A DNA stretch of 55,267 bases, taken from contig CAYPNJ010000001.1 of assembly GCA_964412305.1 (NCBI GenBank), positions 1 to 55,267 of the forward strand, read 5' to 3'. The DNA is from an uncultured Lutibacter sp. (lineage in GTDB: Bacteria; Bacteroidota; Bacteroidia; Flavobacteriales; Flavobacteriaceae). Of this stretch, positions 51,175 to 55,267 are shown in pieces. Under the pieces are notes generated by a model, which searched no databases, was not told where the DNA came from, and saw only the letters and a list, made by a program, of their open reading frames with translations. The first letter of the stretch is position 1; each line of letters opens with the position of its first letter. The translations under genes and the position numbers were made by a program.

Positions 51175-51879
51175 ATGAAATTATTAGACACGTCACTTGT
51201 ATATAAAGGGCAAGAAAAAATCTTAGTAGCTGTAGATTGCATTATTTTTGGATTTGACTCTGAAAAACTAAAATTACTACTCTTCAAAAGAAAAGTTGAA
51301 CCGTTAAAAGGAGCTTGGTCTTTAGTAGGTGCATTTATTAAAGAAAATTTAAGCTTAAATGATGCCGCAAAACAGGTTCTTTTAGAATCAACAGGTCTTA
51401 AAGAAATTTACCTACAAGAACTTCAAACCTATAGTGATATTGATAGAGACCCAGGAGAGCGAGTTATTTCAGTAGCTCATTATAGTTTAATTAGAATTGA
51501 TGCATTTGATTTAGAAAGTGTAGAAAAGTACGATGCACATTGGTTTGATTTTGATGAAATTCCAGAGCTAATTTTTGATCACGGAAGAATGGTAAATGAC
51601 GCCATAGCTAAACTTCGATCTAAAGCACGTTATCAACCAATTGGTTTTGAGTTGCTTCCAGAGAAATTTACAATACCTCAATTACAGATTTTATATCAGT
51701 GTATTTATCAAAAGAAATTGGATGATAGAAACTTTAGAAAAAAAGTATTGTCTTTTGACGTATTGACAAAAACAGATGAAAAGGATAAAACGGGTTCTAA
51801 AAAAGGCGCCTTCCTTTATCAGTTTAACAAAGAAAAGTTTGATAAATTTATTGATAAGGGTCATAGTTTTGAATTGTAA
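51175..51879 (+). CDS. Nudix-wHTH transcriptional regulator (NrtR/AraR-like)
   Basis: AVDCIIFGF, degenerate Nudix box, RDPGERVIS, ELLPEKFTIPQLQ, LDDRNFRKK, GAFLYQF. Confidence 0.9.
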   Translation: MKLLDTSLVYKGQEKILVAVDCIIFGFDSEKLKLLLFKRKVEPLKGAWSLVGAFIKENLSLNDAAKQVLLESTGLKEIYLQELQTYSDIDRDPGERVISVAHYSLIRIDAFDLESVEKYDAHWFDFDEIPELIFDHGRMVNDAIAKLRSKARYQPIGFELLPEKFTIPQLQILYQCIYQKKLDDRNFRKKVLSFDVLTKTDEKDKTGSKKGAFLYQFNKEKFDKFIDKGHSFEL

Positions 51880-51894
51880 CTTATAAGCATACAG

Positions 51895-51931
51895 CCAGGG
51901 AAACTTTTTAAAGTATTCCTGGATTTTTTTT
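51895..51931 (+). terminator. Probable intrinsic terminator
   Basis: CCAGG..ACTT/AAGT..CCTGG imperfect stem followed by T8. Confidence 0.6.
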
Positions 51932-51975
51932 ACCAAGGTATAAGCGCAATATTAACAGTTATTAAAATAAAAGTT

Positions 51976-52496
51976 ATGAAAAATAATTTAATTATAGGGT
52001 TGTTTATTTTTTTTAGGATTTAGCTCTTCGAGCTGGGAATACTGAAAAAATACTGCTCGATTTTAATGTGGCAAGTTTCACACCAATTGAAACAACTAAT
52101 TTATTGATTTCAGAAAGTATTTCTATAGCTTTTAATTTAGATTTTTTTCAACCTATTACACAATATCCAGATATTTTTGTAAATAAAGTTTTGGCAAATG
52201 GTTCTGGGTCTTGGGGAATTACATCTTCAAATACTTTAACTTTTACACCAAGTTCAAATTGGGTAGCAGAAAGTTTAATTACTATTAAAATTAATAGTAT
52301 TCAATCTACTGGAAGTGATCCTTTTAATGGTGTTCAAAGTGAATTTGAATTTATTGTTGATTCAGAAAATGATTCTGGAATAGAGGAAATACTTACACCT
52401 ACAATTGCAACAAGAGATAATAATGGTACGCCGCATAATATTCCTTTAAAATTGGTGTTTTCATTAGTATCTCTCTTCCAGGAAGAATATGGGTGA
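51976..52496 (+). pseudogene. Remnant of an exported protein with an Ig-like (Big_5/SbsA-type) domain
   Basis: Signal-like start MKNNLIIGLFIF is out of frame with FNVASFTP..ISIAFN..GSW..NTLTFTPSSNW; the ORF ends abruptly near the rpe stop. Confidence 0.55.
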
Positions 52497-52519
52497 GCAA
52501 AGTAGATTTTCACATAACT

Positions 52520-53179
52520 TTATTCTGACACTAAATTTTTTAAGTTTTCAATAGTTTCAGAAGGGTTGTCACTTTTAAAAACAAAACTTCCAGCTACAAA
52601 AGCATTGACACCAGCTTCTGAAAGTTTTTCTATGTTTTGGTCTGTTACTCCACCATCAACTTCTATAAGTGTTTTTGAGCCGGTATATTCTATTAGGTTT
52701 TTTAGTTGACCTACTTTTTTATAAGTGTTTTCAATAAAACTTTGCCCACCAAAACCAGGGTTAACACTCATTATTAGGACCAAATCTAAATCGTTAATAA
52801 CATCTTCTAAAACAGCAATAGGTGTGTGTGGGTTTAAAGAAACACCAGCTTTCATACCTGCATCTTTTATTGCTTGAACCGTTCTGTGTAAATGTGTGCA
52901 AGCTTCATAATGTACTGTTAAAATATCAGCACCAACTTTTTTAAAATCGGTGATAAATCTATCTGGGTCAACAATCATTAAATGTACATCCATTGTTTTA
53001 GTAGCGTGTTTTTTAATGGCGCTAATTACTGGCATTCCAAATGAAATATTTGGAACAAATACACCATCCATAACATCAATATGAAACCAATCAGCTTTGC
53101 TGTTGTTAATCATTTCTACATCACGTTGTAAGTTGCCAAAATCTGCAGCTAAAATTGAAGGAGCAATAAATTTATTCAT
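52520..53179 (-). CDS. rpe: Ribulose-phosphate 3-epimerase
   Basis: IAPSIL, HIDVMDGVFVPN, DVHLMI, MSVNPGFGGQ, EVDGG. Confidence 0.97.
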   Translation of the reverse strand: MNKFIAPSILAADFGNLQRDVEMINNSKADWFHIDVMDGVFVPNISFGMPVISAIKKHATKTMDVHLMIVDPDRFITDFKKVGADILTVHYEACTHLHRTVQAIKDAGMKAGVSLNPHTPIAVLEDVINDLDLVLIMSVNPGFGGQSFIENTYKKVGQLKNLIEYTGSKTLIEVDGGVTDQNIEKLSEAGVNAFVAGSFVFKSDNPSETIENLKNLVSE

Positions 53180-53199
53180 TTTGTTAGTTGTTGTTTTTA

Positions 53200-53207
53200 C
53201 AAAAGTA
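53200..53207 (-). promoter_or_regulatory. Putative -7 element for rpe
   Basis: TACTTTTG on the minus strand, 20 nt upstream of the ATG. Confidence 0.6.
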
Positions 53208-53214
53208 TTATTTA

Positions 53215-53252
53215 AAAAGAAAAACGCCCGATATTTCGAGCGTTTTTCTTTT
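53215..53252 (-). terminator. Intrinsic terminator of rpoD
   Basis: AAAAGAAAAACGC/GCGTTTTTCTTTT stem, extended by a U-G pair only in the minus-strand RNA. Confidence 0.85.
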
Positions 53253-53257
53253 GATTG

Positions 53258-54121
53258 TTATCCTAAGTATGTTTTCAAGATTTTACTTCTTGAAGTATGT
53301 TTTAATCTTCTAATTGCTTTTTCTTTAATTTGACGAACACGTTCTCGTGTTAAATCAAATGTTTCTCCAATTTCTTCTAATGTCATAGGATGTGCATCGC
53401 CTAAGCCAAAGTATAATTGTACAACATCAGCTTCTCTAGGAGTTAAAGTTTCTAAAGCACGTTCAATTTCAACTTTTAAAGATTCGTGGAGTAATGCTCT
53501 ATCTGGATTTGGTGAATCACCAGTATTTAATACATCGTATAGGTTTGAATCTTCACCTTCAATTAAAGGAGCATCCATAGATACATGACGACCAGAATTT
53601 TTCATAGATTCTTTAACGTCATTAATAGTCATATCTAATTTCTTTGCAATTTCTTCTGCAGAAGGAGGTCTTTCGTTTTCTTGCTCTAAAAATGCGTACA
53701 TTTTATTAATTTTATTAATAGAGCCAATTTTATTTAATGGTAAACGAACAATACGAGATTGCTCAGCTAACGCTTGTAAAATTGATTGACGAATCCACCA
53801 AACAGCATAAGAAATAAATTTAAAACCACGAGTTTCATCAAAACGTTTAGCTGCTTTTATTAATCCTAAGTTTCCTTCATTAATTAAATCGGGTAATGTT
53901 AAGCCTTGGTTTTGGTATTGTTTAGCTACAGATACAACAAAACGTAAATTAGCTTTCGTTAATTTTTCTAAAGCAGCTTGATCTCCAGCTCTAATTCGTT
54001 GTGCTAATTCCACTTCCATTTCAGCAGTAATCAAATCAACTTTACCAATTTCTTGTAAATATTTGTCTAATGATGCTGTTTCTCGGTTAGTAACTTGTTT
54101 TGTGATTTTAAGTTGTCTCAT
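53258..54121 (-). CDS. rpoD: Primary sigma70 factor, Bacteroidota short form lacking region 1.1
   Basis: [48 protein letters not shown]. Confidence 0.95.
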   Translation of the reverse strand: MRQLKITKQVTNRETASLDKYLQEIGKVDLITAEMEVELAQRIRAGDQAALEKLTKANLRFVVSVAKQYQNQGLTLPDLINEGNLGLIKAAKRFDETRGFKFISYAVWWIRQSILQALAEQSRIVRLPLNKIGSINKINKMYAFLEQENERPPSAEEIAKKLDMTINDVKESMKNSGRHVSMDAPLIEGEDSNLYDVLNTGDSPNPDRALLHESLKVEIERALETLTPREADVVQLYFGLGDAHPMTLEEIGETFDLTRERVRQIKEKAIRRLKHTSRSKILKTYLG

Positions 54122-54163
54122 TTTAGTAGCTAAAGTTTTTATTTATATATGATGTACACTATA

Positions 54164-54192
54164 TTATACGTAGTAATTTGGGAAATGTTACA
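54164..54192 (-). promoter_or_regulatory. ECF-sigma-type promoter upstream of rpoD
   Basis: Minus strand reads TGTAAC-N16-CGTATAA, ending 42 nt before the ATG. Confidence 0.6.
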
Positions 54193-54244
54193 AAAAGATT
54201 AGTAAAATATTAATTTTTCACATAATTTTGTAAGTGAATTTCAT

Positions 54245-54278
54245 AAAAAAGCTTCTTAATGTTAAATTAAGAAGCTTT
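54245..54278 (-). terminator. Intrinsic terminator of pnp
   Basis: AAAGCTTCTTAAT/ATTAAGAAGCTTT 13-bp stem with a U tract on the minus strand. Confidence 0.85.
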
Positions 54279-54298
54279 AATAATTATTTTATGAAGAT

Positions 54299-55267
54299 TT
54301 ATTTTTCTTCTCTTTTGTCTGTTCTTTCTTCTCTTGGAGGTCTTGGTAATAATGCTTTTTTAGAAACTTTTTCTTTTCTAGTTTTTGGATCTCTTCCAAA
54401 ATATTTTACATCAAAAACATCACCCATATTAACAACATCAGAAACATTATTAGTACGTTCCCAAGCTAATTCAGAAATGTGTAATAATACTTCATTTCCA
54501 GGAGCTTCAACATATTCTACTACAGCACCAAAATCTAACATTTTAATAACTTTTACTTCGTAAACGCTACCTCTTTCTGGTTTAAATGTAATAGAGTCAA
54601 TTCTAGCTAAAACAGCATCAATACCATCTTGACTAGTTCCTAATATTTCAACAATACCTTCTTCAGTAACAGGATCTTCGTTAATAACAATTGTACATCC
54701 AGTAGTTTTTTGTAATTCTTGAATCACTTTTCCACCTGGGCCAATTAAAGCTCCAATAAAATCTCCTGGAATAGTTTTAGAAACCATTTTTGGAGCATGT
54801 GCTTTAACTTCTGCATTTGTAACAGCGATTGTATCTGTTATTTTACCTAAAATATGTAATCTACCTTCACGTGCTTGTTTTAGTGCATTTACTAAAATTT
54901 CGTACGATAATCCTTTAATTTTAATGTCCATCTGACAAGCAGTAATTCCTTCAGTAGTTCCAGTAACTTTAAAATCCATATCTCCTAAATGATCTTCATC
55001 ACCTAAAATATCAGATAATACAGCGTAACGATCACCATCAGAAATTAATCCCATTGCAATACCTGAAACTGGTCTTTTCATTTCTACACCAGCATCCATA
55101 AGTGCCATTGTACCAGCACAAACTGTTGCCATTGATGAAGAACCGTTAGATTCTAATACTTCAGAAACTACACGAACAGTATAAGGGCAATCTTCAGAGA
55201 TCATTCCTTTTAATGCACGTTGTGCTAAATTTCCGTGACCAACTTCACGACGAGAAGTACCTCTTAA
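54299..55267 (-). CDS. pnp: Polyribonucleotide nucleotidyltransferase, 5' part outside the window
   Basis: [36 protein letters not shown] (IGPGGK) and S1 domains. Confidence 0.97.
   Translation of the reverse strand, partial: LRGTSRREVGHGNLAQRALKGMISEDCPYTVRVVSEVLESNGSSSMATVCAGTMALMDAGVEMKRPVSGIAMGLISDGDRYAVLSDILGDEDHLGDMDFKVTGTTEGITACQMDIKIKGLSYEILVNALKQAREGRLHILGKITDTIAVTNAEVKAHAPKMVSKTIPGDFIGALIGPGGKVIQELQKTTGCTIVINEDPVTEEGIVEILGTSQDGIDAVLARIDSITFKPERGSVYEVKVIKMLDFGAVVEYVEAPGNEVLLHISELAWERTNNVSDVVNMGDVFDVKYFGRDPKTRKEKVSKKALLPRPPREERTDKREEK

Noticed and set aside
1623-54563. Many short ORF-track entries antisense to or out of frame within real genes (e.g. 1623-1997, 3348-3683, 22549-22890, 29353-29826, 30391-30900, 54234-54563)
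   Set aside because: They overlap well-supported conserved genes and show no recognisable motifs; shadow ORFs.

Overview
AT-rich chromosomal window from a Bacteroidota bacterium, very likely Flavobacteriaceae (TAnnTTTG promoters, sigma70 lacking region 1.1, a T9SS sorting domain, Bacteroidota-type dcw cluster). In order: partial serine acetyltransferase and nitroreductase; leuA-leuB; a 514-aa helical hypothetical protein; ilvDBNCA; a ~400-bp leader with two Arg-codon-rich small ORFs ahead of an 11-gene arginine/proline operon (GNAT-argG-argC-proC-argD-proA-proB-argF'-argB-argE-argH); a branched palindromic repeat; a thioredoxin-ApbE-DUF4266-DUF3570 flavinylation module; RluA-family, engB and hydrolase genes; the mraZ-ftsZ cluster; yqeY; tRNA-Arg(UCG); a ~7-kb decaying accessory patch (multiheme cytochrome/TPR, T9SS substrate, acetylesterase fragment, galM, sulfatase, Nudix regulator, Ig-like fragment); rpe, rpoD and partial pnp. 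The best candidate for an undescribed system is the tandem Arg-rich leader-peptide region (12409-12725), a putative translation-coupled, possibly Rho-dependent arginine sensor. All calls come from reading the sequence and recalled family motifs; no searches were run.
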